From Trichormus sp. ATA11-4-KO1 (lineage in GTDB: Bacteria; Cyanobacteriota; Cyanobacteriia; Cyanobacteriales; Nostocaceae): DNA of 64,000 nucleotides. Made by a program: the position numbers and the translations under genes. The notes beneath the pieces are model-generated. The model worked only from the letters and a program-made list of their open reading frames with translations, did no database searches and was not told where the DNA came from. The stretch is from NCBI GenBank assembly GCA_019358915.1, contig JAHHIM010000065.1, forward strand, positions 64,001 to 128,000, given 5' to 3'. Shown here in pieces: positions 11,071-21,984 of this stretch. The number at the start of each line of letters is the position of its first letter. Position 1 is the first letter of the stretch.

Positions 11071-11649
11071 ATGACCGCAGCAGTCACAAAATTTACCCTT
11101 GAAGAATACCTTGCCTATGATGATGGCACAGATACCAAGTATGAACTTGTGGATGGAGAGTTGGTAGAAATGCCACCAGAAAGCGATAGAAATAACTTAA
11201 TCTCTCTCTATCTCCTGTCGCAATTTCTGAAATTTGTTCCCATTCAACTCATCCGCCATAAAGATACAGAACTTGTGGTGATAGGTAGTAGGACTCGTGT
11301 ACGACTCCCAGATTTAATGATTTTGACACAAGAATTATTTGAGGCGATCGCCGGCAGACGAGCGACAATTACTCCAGATATGCCTTCCCCCGCAATGGTA
11401 GTTGAGGTAGTCTCCCCCGGAAAGGTGAATGAGGATAGAGACTATCGCTACAAGCGTTCTGAGTATGCAGCGCGGGGTATCCCGGAATATTGGATTGTTG
11501 ATGTTCAAAAAGCCCGAATTACCCTGCTGGCTTTGGTAGATGGGCTATATGAAGAAACTGTGTTTCAGGGAACAGAGGCAATCAAATCAGTGATGTTCCC
11601 GATGCTGAATTTGACCGCAGCGCAAGTATTAACGGCTGGACAGGTCTAA
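11071..11649 (+). CDS. Uma2 family PD-(D/E)xK endonuclease-like protein
   Basis: YELVDGELVEMPPES, R.PDL, VVEVVSPG, DY..K..EYA..GIPEYWIVD. Confidence 0.9.
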   Translation: MTAAVTKFTLEEYLAYDDGTDTKYELVDGELVEMPPESDRNNLISLYLLSQFLKFVPIQLIRHKDTELVVIGSRTRVRLPDLMILTQELFEAIAGRRATITPDMPSPAMVVEVVSPGKVNEDRDYRYKRSEYAARGIPEYWIVDVQKARITLLALVDGLYEETVFQGTEAIKSVMFPMLNLTAAQVLTAGQV

Positions 11650-11708
11650 AGCGCAAAAATGAAATAGTACATTTATCTTTTTTGGCAAATAAATCCCATT
11701 AAAAAATT

Positions 11709-11825
11709 GGGCGTTGCATAAATGCGGGATGAATTGAGATAATTTGCCAAGGATAAACTTAGATTCTTTGCGACTTTGCGACTTTGCGCGAAATAAAATT
11801 CATCCCATTAATCTTCAGCAACAGT
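11709..11825. mobile_element. MITE-like dispersed repeat (GGCGTTGC...GCAAC ends, internal CTTTGCGA repeats)
   Basis: Imperfect terminal inverted repeat with inner GGGATGAAT/ATTCATCCC; related element at ~55175-55340. Confidence 0.5.
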
Positions 11826-12192
11826 CCTATGATGAAGTCAGGTTATTGTTAAATATACAACGCCAAAGTATGAATTTGTTTCACGCAGAGACGCAAAGGC
11901 GCAGAGAGTAAGAGTTTAAGAAGTGGACTTTGCCTGTGTAGTAGTGAATTATATTTGCCTAAAACATTTAAAACATCTCAATCTGCTTTTTTGTTCACTC
12001 AAATTCAGGTGGACAAAGTACTGCGATCGCTCATCTTGTACACTACATTTTATCTGGGGCTTGCGTCCAGGATGATAAAATTGCTTTTTTCTATGGGATT
12101 GGTACATTAGTTACAGGTGGGAAACCTGAATAATGATATCGATCCGCCATAATTTTGTTAACTTTGATCTTACCTCTACTTTCGCAAAGCTT

Positions 12193-13476
12193 ATGAACCC
12201 TGCCCTAACTAAAATTGGCGCTCAAATGTCCAACCTAACTGGCGTAAGAGCAATTATGAAGGACATTATCGAAACGTTAACAGCTGGGGCGGGGCAAGAA
12301 TTTATGAATTTAAGCGCTGGTAACCCGTTGATTTTGCCGGAGGTAGAACAGTTATGGCGAGATTGTACGGCGGAATTACTGGCTAGTTCAGAGTATGGCG
12401 AAGTGGTTTGTCGTTATGGTTCCAGTCAGGGCTATGCGCCACTAATTGAGGCGATCGCCAACGACTTCAACAAACGCTATGGTTTAAAGTTAACGGAACG
12501 TAATATCTTAATTACACCCGGTAGTCAAAGCCTCTACTTCTACGCTGCTAATGCCTTTGGTGGTTACACAACAAACGGTGACCTTCAACAAATCGTTTTA
12601 CCCCTCAGTCCCGATTATACGGGTTATGGAGGTGTTACTTTAGTTCCAGAAGCCTTAATCGCTTACAAACCCACGCTGGATATTGATGCAACTGCTCACA
12701 GATTTAAATATCGTCCAGATTTCAGCCAATTAGCAATTACAGAAAATACTGGTTGTGTCATCTTCTCTCGTCCCTGTAACCCCACGGGAAATGTCCTGAG
12801 TGACGAAGAAGTTAAAAAAATTGCTGCCTTGGCTGCGCCTTTCGATGTGCCAGTATTAATTGACTCAGCTTATGCACCTCCCTTCCCGGCGTTGAACTTT
12901 ACGGAAATGAAACCTGTATTTGGTGGTAATATTTTGCACTGCATGAGTTTATCAAAGGTGGGATTACCCGGTGAACGCATCGGCGTTGCCATTGGTGATG
13001 AAAGGATGATTCAAGTTCTGGAGTGCTTCCAGACAAATTTGTGTATTCATCCATCAAGATACGGGCAAGCGATCGCATCTCGTGCTATCAATTCTGGTGC
13101 TTTACCGGAAATCGCCGCAGATGTTATCCGTCCTTTCTATCAGCATAAATTTGCTGTATTAGAAGATACTTTAGATGCAGCAATGCCTCAGGATTTACCT
13201 TGGTTCTTGCATCGTGGTGAAGGGGCGATATTTGCTTGGTTGTGGTTACAGGATCTACCAATAACTGATTGGGAATTTTACCAGCAACTCAAGCAAGTGG
13301 GTGTAATTGTTGTCCCTGGTAGTACTTTCTTCCCTGGTTTGCGGGAAGAATGGCAACACAAGCATCAATGTTTACGTATTAGTTTAACTGGTAGTGATGA
13401 GGAGATTGTCACGGGAATGCAACGTTTAGCAAAAGTGGCTGAACAAGTTTATCAGCGTGCTGTTGTGAGTGCCTAA
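12193..13476 (+). CDS. avtA: Valine--pyruvate aminotransferase
   Basis: [44 protein letters not shown]. Confidence 0.9.
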   Translation: MNPALTKIGAQMSNLTGVRAIMKDIIETLTAGAGQEFMNLSAGNPLILPEVEQLWRDCTAELLASSEYGEVVCRYGSSQGYAPLIEAIANDFNKRYGLKLTERNILITPGSQSLYFYAANAFGGYTTNGDLQQIVLPLSPDYTGYGGVTLVPEALIAYKPTLDIDATAHRFKYRPDFSQLAITENTGCVIFSRPCNPTGNVLSDEEVKKIAALAAPFDVPVLIDSAYAPPFPALNFTEMKPVFGGNILHCMSLSKVGLPGERIGVAIGDERMIQVLECFQTNLCIHPSRYGQAIASRAINSGALPEIAADVIRPFYQHKFAVLEDTLDAAMPQDLPWFLHRGEGAIFAWLWLQDLPITDWEFYQQLKQVGVIVVPGSTFFPGLREEWQHKHQCLRISLTGSDEEIVTGMQRLAKVAEQVYQRAVVSA

Positions 13477-14176
13477 GATCATGGGAACGAACCGCGAAGG
13501 CGCGAAGGGCGCGAAGAAGAAGCAGGGGAGCAGGGAGCAGGGCTTCCGCCGTGAGCGTCAGCCGAACGGAGCAGGGGGGAAGTTTACCAACCTATTCCCT
13601 ACTCCCGATGAATGGCTAGAAATTGGTAAGATTGTTGCGCCTCAAGGGTTGTCTGGGGAGTTGCGGGTGTATCCGCAATCGGATTTTCCGGAACGGTTTG
13701 AAGTTCCGGGTAAACGTTGGTTATGGCGTCCGGGGGAGAGGGAACCGCAGCCTGTGGAGTTGTTGGGAGGGCGTTATATTGAAGGGAAAAATTTGTATGT
13801 GATTGAGTTAGCTGGTGTAGAAAATCGTAACCAAGCTGAGGAGTTGCGCGGTTGTAAATTGATGGTACCAACAAGTGATCGCCCCCAATTGGGTGAAGAT
13901 GAATATCATGTCATCGATTTGATTGGTGTGGAAGTCTTTATGCAAGAAACTGGGGAACTTGTGGGTACTGTGGTAGATGTGATTCCGGCTGGGAATGATT
14001 TACTGGAAGTACAGTTGCATCAACAAAATGAAGCTGTTAAAGGGGAAAAATCAAAATCTCCTAAGACTATTTTGATCCCCTTTGTCACTGCGATCGCTCC
14101 CGTGGTAGATTTGCCAGCGCATCGGATTGAAATTACTCCACCCCCTGGTTTACTGGAACTAGGAACTGGAGGCTAA
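13469..14176 (+). CDS. rimM: Ribosome maturation factor RimM with repeat-derived N-terminal extension
   Basis: [42 protein letters not shown]. Confidence 0.92.
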   Translation: MPKIMGTNREGAKGAKKKQGSREQGFRRERQPNGAGGKFTNLFPTPDEWLEIGKIVAPQGLSGELRVYPQSDFPERFEVPGKRWLWRPGEREPQPVELLGGRYIEGKNLYVIELAGVENRNQAEELRGCKLMVPTSDRPQLGEDEYHVIDLIGVEVFMQETGELVGTVVDVIPAGNDLLEVQLHQQNEAVKGEKSKSPKTILIPFVTAIAPVVDLPAHRIEITPPPGLLELGTGG

Positions 14177-14228
14177 AGACTAGAGGCTAAGTTAATTTTC
14201 TCCCTCATCCTCCTCATCTCCCCACTCC

Positions 14229-15218
14229 CTACTCCCTAATTTCCAGTAGCTGCTGGGCCACGCCACCTTGCTCAGAAAGTATTAAAGTTGTTGCAGCCAT
14301 TGCGATCATACCAACCATGACTAGCACCAGCACAGCTGTTCGTTGTTTAGATTTTATGGCTGCGACTAACATGTCTATAGTGGTAGTACCAGTAACTTGA
14401 ATTGGCTGGAGTGCTTTTAAAGCAATACCAGCATTGGCATAACGATATTTCCACTTATATTCCACCATTTTTGTCAACCAAGAGCTAAAACGCGGATTAA
14501 GTTGGGGAAATAGTTTCTGACAATTAAAGCGATACTTATGATCTATCAATTTACCAAGATCAACAGAACGAGTATCAGTAAGTAAGCAAATCAGTGTTAC
14601 TCCTAAACTATACAAATCTGAAGCTTGAGTGAGGGTATAACCAAACTGTTCCTCAGGTGGCATAAAACCGGGAGTTCCAGAAGCAAAGCAGCTTAAAGCC
14701 ATTTTCTGACCCTGTAATCTAGCCAAACCAAAATCAATTAAGTATGCATTTAATTGCTCATCAACTAAAATGTTTTCTGGTTTAATATCCCGATGAATAA
14801 TTGGGTTTACTCGCTGTTGCAGATAAACCAAAATCTCTAAAATTGACACAGCTATTTGTTTGATTTCTTCTGGTTTAAAGCTGCGTTGTCCACCAAGTGA
14901 GGGAGCGTTTTTATACTCCTGTACTAGATAAAATCCCCCTGGCATTTCAAAAGAGTCTACGTAGCGAGGAATACGGGGATGATGAAGTTGCTGTAGGATT
15001 TCAATTTCACGTTCATAAGTTTTAAAACCTGACCAGTCAGCACTCGTGCTGGCAAAACTGAATTCTTTAATTACTACCTGTTGATTAGATTTACAGACAT
15101 TAGCCAAGTAAGTAATACGTCCTTCTGCTTGGTTACGTCCTAGTTCTCTAATGACTTGATAGCCTAACTGGGAAAAATTGGGATGATTTGCCTCTCGAAT
15201 ATGCACATCAAGCTCCAT
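14229..15218 (-). CDS. Hanks-type Ser/Thr protein kinase with C-terminal TM helix
   Basis: VVIKE, HRDIKPEN, DFG, GTPGFMPPEE, SDLYSLG. Confidence 0.9.
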   Translation of the reverse strand: MELDVHIREANHPNFSQLGYQVIRELGRNQAEGRITYLANVCKSNQQVVIKEFSFASTSADWSGFKTYEREIEILQQLHHPRIPRYVDSFEMPGGFYLVQEYKNAPSLGGQRSFKPEEIKQIAVSILEILVYLQQRVNPIIHRDIKPENILVDEQLNAYLIDFGLARLQGQKMALSCFASGTPGFMPPEEQFGYTLTQASDLYSLGVTLICLLTDTRSVDLGKLIDHKYRFNCQKLFPQLNPRFSSWLTKMVEYKWKYRYANAGIALKALQPIQVTGTTTIDMLVAAIKSKQRTAVLVLVMVGMIAMAATTLILSEQGGVAQQLLEIRE

Positions 15219-15398
15219 TGAACACACTATTTGAGTCTGATTTTGTCAAGGTGCAATTAAAAAAAATAAGAGGTACTCACCCAGTATTGTTAGCCGCATT
15301 TTTACCCTGCTTATACAAAGACGTATAGTAAAGATGAAAAAAAGTCTTTGCATCTACCCACGGGATAGACGCGGAGAAAGCGTCTATCCGCGAAATTA

Positions 15399-16289
15399 TT
15401 ATCCTTGCGCTAACCAATCAATGATCTGAGCGTTGACCACATCTGGAACTTCATCGTGGGGACAATGACCAGCGTTAGGAATGGGAATAATCTTGATGTC
15501 TTTGCCATTCTCACACGCCTCTTCATAAATCTTAGCCCCAGTAATTGGTGTCCAGGGGTCATCAGCACCCCAAATTACTAACAAGGGACGTTCTATTCTG
15601 GGCAATAGTTCCACTGGAGTAGGGCCAGGAGGTGCTGTGAGGATGGAAGCGAACACTTGTTGCGCACCGGGATCGCAAGATGGAGTATACAGAAGATCGA
15701 CTAATTCATCAGTGACGGCAGCGCGGTTGCGGTAAACTTGGTATAATGTGCGACGAATTTGCGATTTTTGGCGAATGCGGTTATAGACAAATTTACCTGT
15801 GATAGGCGATCGCACAAATCTGTTAAAAGCTGCCATAACTATCCGTAAGGGTGGATTCAACTCATGGGGACGATGACTCAACCCACCCGCAGAGTTAATT
15901 AAAACACCACCAGCAGCAATTTTGGGATGTTCTGCCAGTACCATCAAGCTTAAAAGTGCGCCAATGGAGTTGCCAATAAATACCGCAGGTTCTTGGATGT
16001 GTGCATGCCAAAAATCTTTCAGCAGTTCTACCCACACTTCTACGGTGTAATTAATTGGTGCTTTATCAGAACCACCAAAACCCAAAAGATCCAGCGCAAA
16101 AACTCGGTAGCCAGCACTGGCTAAAGCGGGAATATTTTTGCGCCAGTGTCCAATGGAAGCACCAAAGCCGTGAACCAATACTAAAGGGCGACCTGTACCC
16201 ATAACGGTATACTGGATTTTATAGCCTTGCCAAGTCCAAATCAGTTTTTCTAAGGTAACTGAAGGTAGCTGTTGTGTAGTTCCGGTCAT
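15399..16289 (-). CDS. Alpha/beta fold hydrolase
   Basis: HGFGAS, GNSIG, WG.DD, GHCPHDE. Confidence 0.9.
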   Translation of the reverse strand: MTGTTQQLPSVTLEKLIWTWQGYKIQYTVMGTGRPLVLVHGFGASIGHWRKNIPALASAGYRVFALDLLGFGGSDKAPINYTVEVWVELLKDFWHAHIQEPAVFIGNSIGALLSLMVLAEHPKIAAGGVLINSAGGLSHRPHELNPPLRIVMAAFNRFVRSPITGKFVYNRIRQKSQIRRTLYQVYRNRAAVTDELVDLLYTPSCDPGAQQVFASILTAPPGPTPVELLPRIERPLLVIWGADDPWTPITGAKIYEEACENGKDIKIIPIPNAGHCPHDEVPDVVNAQIIDWLAQG

Positions 16290-16389
16290 TATTAAAATTC
16301 GTAAAGTATTGTTCTATATAGTATTGTCGCTGAACACCAATAATTCTGGACATTCTTGTTAAACCACATAGTTGAGTTGAGGCTGCTTT

Positions 16390-17124
16390 ATGACTATATC
16401 TTCCAACCAACTCAAAACCGAGATTATCTACCCCGACTCTGACGGTAAGCCAATGGCGGAGAGCGATCCAACACGCGATTATCTGATCTATGGTGTAGAA
16501 GCCTTAGATATTTATTTCCAAGACCGAAAAGATGTTTATGTGTCAGGGAATCTATTTATTTACTATAAACAGGGTGTACCCAGTGCAGTAGTGGCTCCCG
16601 ATGTATTTGTGGTGTTTGGCGTAGAAAAGAAGAAGCGCCTTAGCTACAAGGTTTGGCAAGAAGCAGGTAAAGTCCCCAGTTTTGTTTTGGAAGTAACTTC
16701 TTTAACTACCCAAGAGAATGATGAAGAGGATAAACCCAAGAAATATGCACTTTTGGGTGTGCAAGAATACTTTCAATATGACCCCACAGGGGATTATCTT
16801 CAGCCACAACTCAAGGGTTCCCGTTTAGTTGCAGGTAAATATCACTCTATTGCACCAAGTATTTTACCTGATGGGATTTATTCAATTCATAGTCAAGTCT
16901 TAAATTTAGACTTAAGGCTGATTGACGGAGAATTGCGCTTCTATGACCCATACACCGGGAAAAAACTTTTGAGTTATCAGGAAACGGAACAAGCACGTCA
17001 AGCAGCAGAACAAGCAAGACGGGATGCAATACCCCGGTTATTGGAGTTAGGCTTGAGTGCAGAACAGATTGCAGATGCTCTTAGCTTACCTGTGGATGTG
17101 GTGAAGGACTTTATTCAAGAATGA
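16390..17124 (+). CDS. Uma2 family endonuclease-like protein
   Basis: YPDSDGKPMAE, APDVFVVFGV, FVLEVTS, LGVQEYFQYDP. Confidence 0.9.
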   Translation: MTISSNQLKTEIIYPDSDGKPMAESDPTRDYLIYGVEALDIYFQDRKDVYVSGNLFIYYKQGVPSAVVAPDVFVVFGVEKKKRLSYKVWQEAGKVPSFVLEVTSLTTQENDEEDKPKKYALLGVQEYFQYDPTGDYLQPQLKGSRLVAGKYHSIAPSILPDGIYSIHSQVLNLDLRLIDGELRFYDPYTGKKLLSYQETEQARQAAEQARRDAIPRLLELGLSAEQIADALSLPVDVVKDFIQE

Positions 17125-17224
17125 TAGAAAACAGTAAAATGTTAGTTTCATCGCCACAAAGGGATTAATAAGTCAAGGGATACTTACATTCCTATGACTT
17201 TCTAGCCGATTGGTACGGTGTGAG

Positions 17225-19300
17225 ATGAAACACATGAATCCATGTTCCTTAGCTCATTTGAGCAAAGTCCTTGTTGCTGCAACTTTTGTGGCAATGTTCT
17301 CGCCAATAGCTTCTGCTTACGAAGTTTCAGGGTTATCTACCACCGTCGCAGAAACATTGGAAAATTCTGCCACTCCACAACTTTTACTGGCAGATAGAGA
17401 TGATGACGATAGGGATGATGACGACGACGATGACGATGACTATAGGGATGATGATAAGAAGGCCAAATTGCCTGAATCTATCAAATTAGCTGTCTTACGG
17501 GACATCTCCCAGCGCACAGGATCAAAAATGTCCACTTTGCGAGTCATTCAGGCTAAACGGCAAATTTGGTCAGATGGGTGTTTGGGTTTAAAAGCAGAGG
17601 TCAATTGCACTCAAGCTATAGTACCGGGTTGGCAAGTAGTCGCCGCCAACACACAGCAAATGTGGGTATATCGTACTAATGAGTCTGGAACAGTCGCCAA
17701 ACTAGATGCAGGAACGACTCAGTACATGACTGCTAGTATGGTGAGAAAAGAAACCACCAGCCAGCAAGTCATGAGCAGCACACAGCGTCAAACTGTAACT
17801 GCACAAAGTAGCACCCAGGTAAGTGCTGCTAGTACTTCGGTGAAAGGAAAACATAAAGGTTTTAGCCTCGCCATATTGCAACCATCTGGTAACCTTTCAG
17901 AGGTAGTTACCCGTGTTTCTTTGAAGGGAAAACGCAATAAGGGTTACTTAAAAGAAAGATTTTTGGGTGATTACAAGTATAAGCTTCAGCAAAAGGGGAA
18001 AAAGGCAAAATTTGTTAAGGGTATCAAACCAGGCGATCGCGTGGTCGTGCGATTGTATGATCTACAAAACCGCTTTCTTGGCTACAGCGAATTTGAATGT
18101 TTGTCAGAACATACAGTAGTTAATCTAATTCTGCCTGCCAACCCAACACAAACTCAAATCATTCGGACTGTTTACGGTGTTGACACCAAAGAAGACGGGA
18201 TGATTGACGCAGGTACTAAGACTTATGACTACTTCACCCAAGTCAGTAACCAACGCGTTAGCTTCCTGAGTAGTTCCCAAGCCATCAACGTTAGTCAGTT
18301 CCAAGTACAGGGTTTATCAGCAGTTGCTGCAACTAGCGTTTATCCCACCTCCTTCACTACGGGTGAGTTTGCTTTGGTACGTCAATCATTTAGTGCTTTT
18401 AGTCCTAGCTTACCCCCAGTTTTAAAAGCTGCACCTGGTCAGTTAGTGCAACTAATTACCGTCAGTGATGATAGTAGTTCCATCTACGATGTCAGCCAGA
18501 TGATGATGAATTATCGGGAAGTGGGTGTAGCCAGCAGTATTCAAACGATGTTTACTGATGTCTCAACTAACCATTGGGCGAAAGATTTTATTTCTGAGTT
18601 AACAGCTTTAGAAGTTCTCCAAGGTTTTCCCGATGGTAGTTTCCGTCCCGACGAACAAGTGACTCGCGCCCAATTTGCAGCGATGCTGAGTCAAGCTTTT
18701 CAAAAAGTGAGAGTTCGTAGTCCTATCAGCTTCAATGATGTTTCCAATAGATATTGGGCTTATAATGCCATTCGCGAAGCTTATGCAACCGGCTTTTTCA
18801 GCAATACAGGTACTAATTTCAACCCTACCCAAAGCCTGTCACGCTTAGAAGTTTTGCTAGCAATAGCGCGAGGACTTAACTACACTTTTAGCGGTTCCAC
18901 AGAGACGATTTTGGCAGCTTATACCGATGCGGCTAGCATTCGTAGCGATGTTCGTAGTGCGATCGCGGCACTCACAGAACGGGGTGTCATAGTAAACTAT
19001 CCTCATGTCCAGTCTCTGAATGCTGATAAAGTGGCAACTAGAGCCGAAGTTAGTGCATTGATATACAGAGCATTAGCTAGCACTGGTGAAGTAGTCGATA
19101 TCTCCTCTCAATATGCTGTAGAACCAACACAGCAGCAGACTGTAGCGGAAGAGGTCTCAAATACCCCAATGAGTAGCATCAAACCTCGTCAAAATTGTAA
19201 TCAGGGTATTGGTAATGGTGCTGAAGGGTGCGACCCCGGTAATTCCCGCCCCCACGGTGGTAGCAACGACGAAGGCGGACGCACCCCTGGTGGTAGGTAA
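17225..19300 (+). CDS. Secreted S-layer homology (SLH) domain protein
   Basis: Signal peptide; poly-Asp tract; WSDGCLG...CTQAIVPGWQV domain; three SLH repeats (FTDV..HWA, GFPDGSFRP...TRAQ); Cys/Gly/Asn C-terminal motif. Confidence 0.85.
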   Translation: MKHMNPCSLAHLSKVLVAATFVAMFSPIASAYEVSGLSTTVAETLENSATPQLLLADRDDDDRDDDDDDDDDYRDDDKKAKLPESIKLAVLRDISQRTGSKMSTLRVIQAKRQIWSDGCLGLKAEVNCTQAIVPGWQVVAANTQQMWVYRTNESGTVAKLDAGTTQYMTASMVRKETTSQQVMSSTQRQTVTAQSSTQVSAASTSVKGKHKGFSLAILQPSGNLSEVVTRVSLKGKRNKGYLKERFLGDYKYKLQQKGKKAKFVKGIKPGDRVVVRLYDLQNRFLGYSEFECLSEHTVVNLILPANPTQTQIIRTVYGVDTKEDGMIDAGTKTYDYFTQVSNQRVSFLSSSQAINVSQFQVQGLSAVAATSVYPTSFTTGEFALVRQSFSAFSPSLPPVLKAAPGQLVQLITVSDDSSSIYDVSQMMMNYREVGVASSIQTMFTDVSTNHWAKDFISELTALEVLQGFPDGSFRPDEQVTRAQFAAMLSQAFQKVRVRSPISFNDVSNRYWAYNAIREAYATGFFSNTGTNFNPTQSLSRLEVLLAIARGLNYTFSGSTETILAAYTDAASIRSDVRSAIAALTERGVIVNYPHVQSLNADKVATRAEVSALIYRALASTGEVVDISSQYAVEPTQQQTVAEEVSNTPMSSIKPRQNCNQGIGNGAEGCDPGNSRPHGGSNDEGGRTPGGR

Positions 19301-19509
19301 TGAAGAGTGCTGAGTGCTGAGTGCTGAGTTAAAAGACAGCCCACACTTCGACAGGTGATACAGTGAGCCTCTCGAACTGCTCAATAAGCACAAGGGGAAG
19401 GGTTTCGACCTATCTGTAATACAAGGGGCTTAATCAATACTATTGTTGAATGGGGTGGGCTTCTAGCCCGCCCATTTTATATAGTATTAAGTCAAATCCA
19501 TAGCTGAAC

Positions 19510-19645
19510 AGGACTTACGCAAAATACCTCTCAAACTCTTATTACTCTGTGTTACGCCATTTGCTACAACGCGGGGAACCCGCGCAACGCAATGGCTCCT
19601 CTGTGCCTCTGTGGTTCAATTTTTCATTGCCTGTGCGTAAGTCCT
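19510..19645. mobile_element. MITE with 12-bp terminal inverted repeats and a nested small palindromic repeat
   Basis: AGGACTTACGCA (19510-19521) / TGCGTAAGTCCT (19634-19645); inner CGCGGGGAACCCGCG hairpin unit resembles one at ~63808-63845. Confidence 0.7.
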
Positions 19646-19663
19646 ACTGAATTTTCTGTTCCA

Positions 19664-20674
19664 TTATTTGTGCACATAAATATCTCTGATAGGAAAGGGA
19701 ATTTGAATTCCTTCTTGTTGATAACGTTTGTGTAATTTCTTAATAAATAAATGTTTAGCAATTCGCTGGTCAAAGTATTCGTTGACCCGCATATAAAGCT
19801 TAAAATCTATACTAAAATCATTAAAAGTATGAAATCTAATATTTGGTTCATTTTTTATTAGTTCAGGTGCAATTTCTTGCATAACTTCTTTTGCTACTTC
19901 TACTGTTACTCTTTCTACATGTTCTAAATCGCTATCATAACCGACACCTACATCCATTATTAAAGTAATCTCTTTAACTGGTAAATGATAGTTGATAAAA
20001 ATAGCAGATGATAACCTAGAATTGGGTACAATAATTATATTATTAGAAAATTCCTTGATAGTTGTATTTCGCCAATTAATATCTGTAACATATCCTTCAT
20101 AGCCATCATCTAATTTGACATAATCTCCAGTTCTAACTTGCTTAGAAATAACTAAATAAAAACCAGAAAATAAATTTGCTAGTGTATCTTGTAGCGCTAA
20201 ACCTACTGCTAAACCACCAACGCCTAAAGTGGTGACTATCGGTGTGACTTCTACACCCACAGTTTGCAAGAGAATTAGTGTGCCTAAAGTTAAAACGGCA
20301 ATCTTGACTAAATTAGAAATTAGGGATGCGGGAACACCCTCTGTTCTTTGAATAAATATATTTATAAAACCAGCAGTCAATCTAGCTAAGACTAACGTCA
20401 CTGAATAGAGAAAAAGAATAGTAATGATTTTTTGCAGAGCAGTTTTTAAATCACCATTTATATTGAGATGAGAAGAAAAAATTGCTCCATAAAATCCAGC
20501 CAGGACAAACCACAGAAATGTCATCCGATGTAGGGCTTGAAATATAATTTCGCCCCCAGGAATTTGGGTCTGAGCCACAAATTTTCTGAGTCTTTTAAAG
20601 ATAACTTTTTCACCAATTAATCCAGCCAGCAAACCGACTAGAATAAATACTAATGGTAAAATCCATTGCTGCAT
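19664..20674 (-). CDS. MscS family small mechanosensitive channel
   Basis: TM helices, GLAVGLALQDTLANLFSG, GD.V, INWRNT, IVPN, GIQIPFP. Confidence 0.92.
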   Translation of the reverse strand: MQQWILPLVFILVGLLAGLIGEKVIFKRLRKFVAQTQIPGGEIIFQALHRMTFLWFVLAGFYGAIFSSHLNINGDLKTALQKIITILFLYSVTLVLARLTAGFINIFIQRTEGVPASLISNLVKIAVLTLGTLILLQTVGVEVTPIVTTLGVGGLAVGLALQDTLANLFSGFYLVISKQVRTGDYVKLDDGYEGYVTDINWRNTTIKEFSNNIIIVPNSRLSSAIFINYHLPVKEITLIMDVGVGYDSDLEHVERVTVEVAKEVMQEIAPELIKNEPNIRFHTFNDFSIDFKLYMRVNEYFDQRIAKHLFIKKLHKRYQQEGIQIPFPIRDIYVHK

Positions 20675-20778
20675 AATCAATTGTTGATTGGAGATATTGT
20701 GGAGAAAATCTTAGGTATCTGCTGTAGCAATACCATAACTGCTAAATTTTACCTTGTTTAGTTGCCTGAGCAGTCAAA

Positions 20779-21696
20779 ATGGACTTGCCAATTATTTACC
20801 ATCCAGATTATATTGCCCCACTGCCGGACAATCATCGCTTTCCCATGTCTAAGTTCCGACAACTTTATGAATTATTGTTAGCGGACGGCGTAGCGCAAAC
20901 CGAACAATTTCACATCCCTAAGCGCCCACCCTCAGATTTAATTGAGTTAGTTCACACCCCAGATTATGTTCAAGCTTACTGTAACGGAACCCTAGATCCC
21001 AAAGCACAGCGTCGCATTGGCTTACCTTGGAGTGCGGCGCTGGCTAATCGTACTTGTGTGGCGGTTGGTGGTACAATATTGACTGCCAAGCTAGCCTTAA
21101 GTCAAGGTTTAGCTTGTAATACTGCTGGTGGTACGCATCATGCCTTTCCTAGTTATGGGTCTGGTTTTTGTATTTTCAATGATTTAGCGATCGCTTGTCG
21201 CGTTTTACAAAAACTTGGACTTGTGCAAAAAGTTCTCATTGTGGATTTGGATGTTCATCAAGGAGATGGTACAGCTTTTATCTTCCAAAATGACGAAAGC
21301 GTGTTTACTTTTTCGATGCACTGTGAAGTGAATTTTCCCGGTACTAAACAAACCAGCGATTTGGATGTTCCCCTACCAATCGGTATGGAAGATGATCCGT
21401 ATTTGCAAACTTTAGCGAATTACTTACCAGATTTGTTGTCTCATATTCAGCCAGACTTAATATTATACGATGCAGGCGTTGATCCTCATATAGGCGATCG
21501 CTTGGGAAAATTAGCCTTGACGGATACTGGAATTTTTCGCCGGGAAATGCAGGTTTTAAGCACTTGTTTGGGTGCAGGTTATCCTATCGCCTGCGTTATT
21601 GGTGGCGGTTATGCTGATGATATGAAATCCCTTGTCTGGCGACACTCTTTATTACATCGTGCGGCTAGTCAGGTTTATCAGCAATACAGGCTTTGA
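20779..21696 (+). CDS. Histone deacetylase family protein
   Basis: HRFPM.KF, GGTHHA, GFCIFND, DLDVHQGDGT, YDAGVD, GGGY. Confidence 0.92.
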   Translation: MDLPIIYHPDYIAPLPDNHRFPMSKFRQLYELLLADGVAQTEQFHIPKRPPSDLIELVHTPDYVQAYCNGTLDPKAQRRIGLPWSAALANRTCVAVGGTILTAKLALSQGLACNTAGGTHHAFPSYGSGFCIFNDLAIACRVLQKLGLVQKVLIVDLDVHQGDGTAFIFQNDESVFTFSMHCEVNFPGTKQTSDLDVPLPIGMEDDPYLQTLANYLPDLLSHIQPDLILYDAGVDPHIGDRLGKLALTDTGIFRREMQVLSTCLGAGYPIACVIGGGYADDMKSLVWRHSLLHRAASQVYQQYRL

Positions 21697-21984
21697 GTTA
21701 AAAAGTCACTTATTGAACCACACCAGACGCAGAGAATACAGAGAGAAAAGTCAAGATTTTTTCGCAGAATTACAATAATTTTATCCCGAAATTTGAGATA
21801 GTCTAAGTAGGTAGATATAATTAAATGTCAGGTAAATTTTTGTTCGTAGTGAGCGATTTATCGCTTGCTTACAAGTTTTTCCAGGGTTAAATTACTGACT
21901 ACAAACTTTTATTTATTTGTACCCAATTGTTACACTATTTTGGATTAATCATTTAACCCAACATGAGGAGATTCAAGATTATCA

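Noticed and set aside
11071..17124. Two Uma2 genes as a defence system
   Set aside because: Uma2 paralogues are highly expanded and scattered in cyanobacteria; no partner genes here
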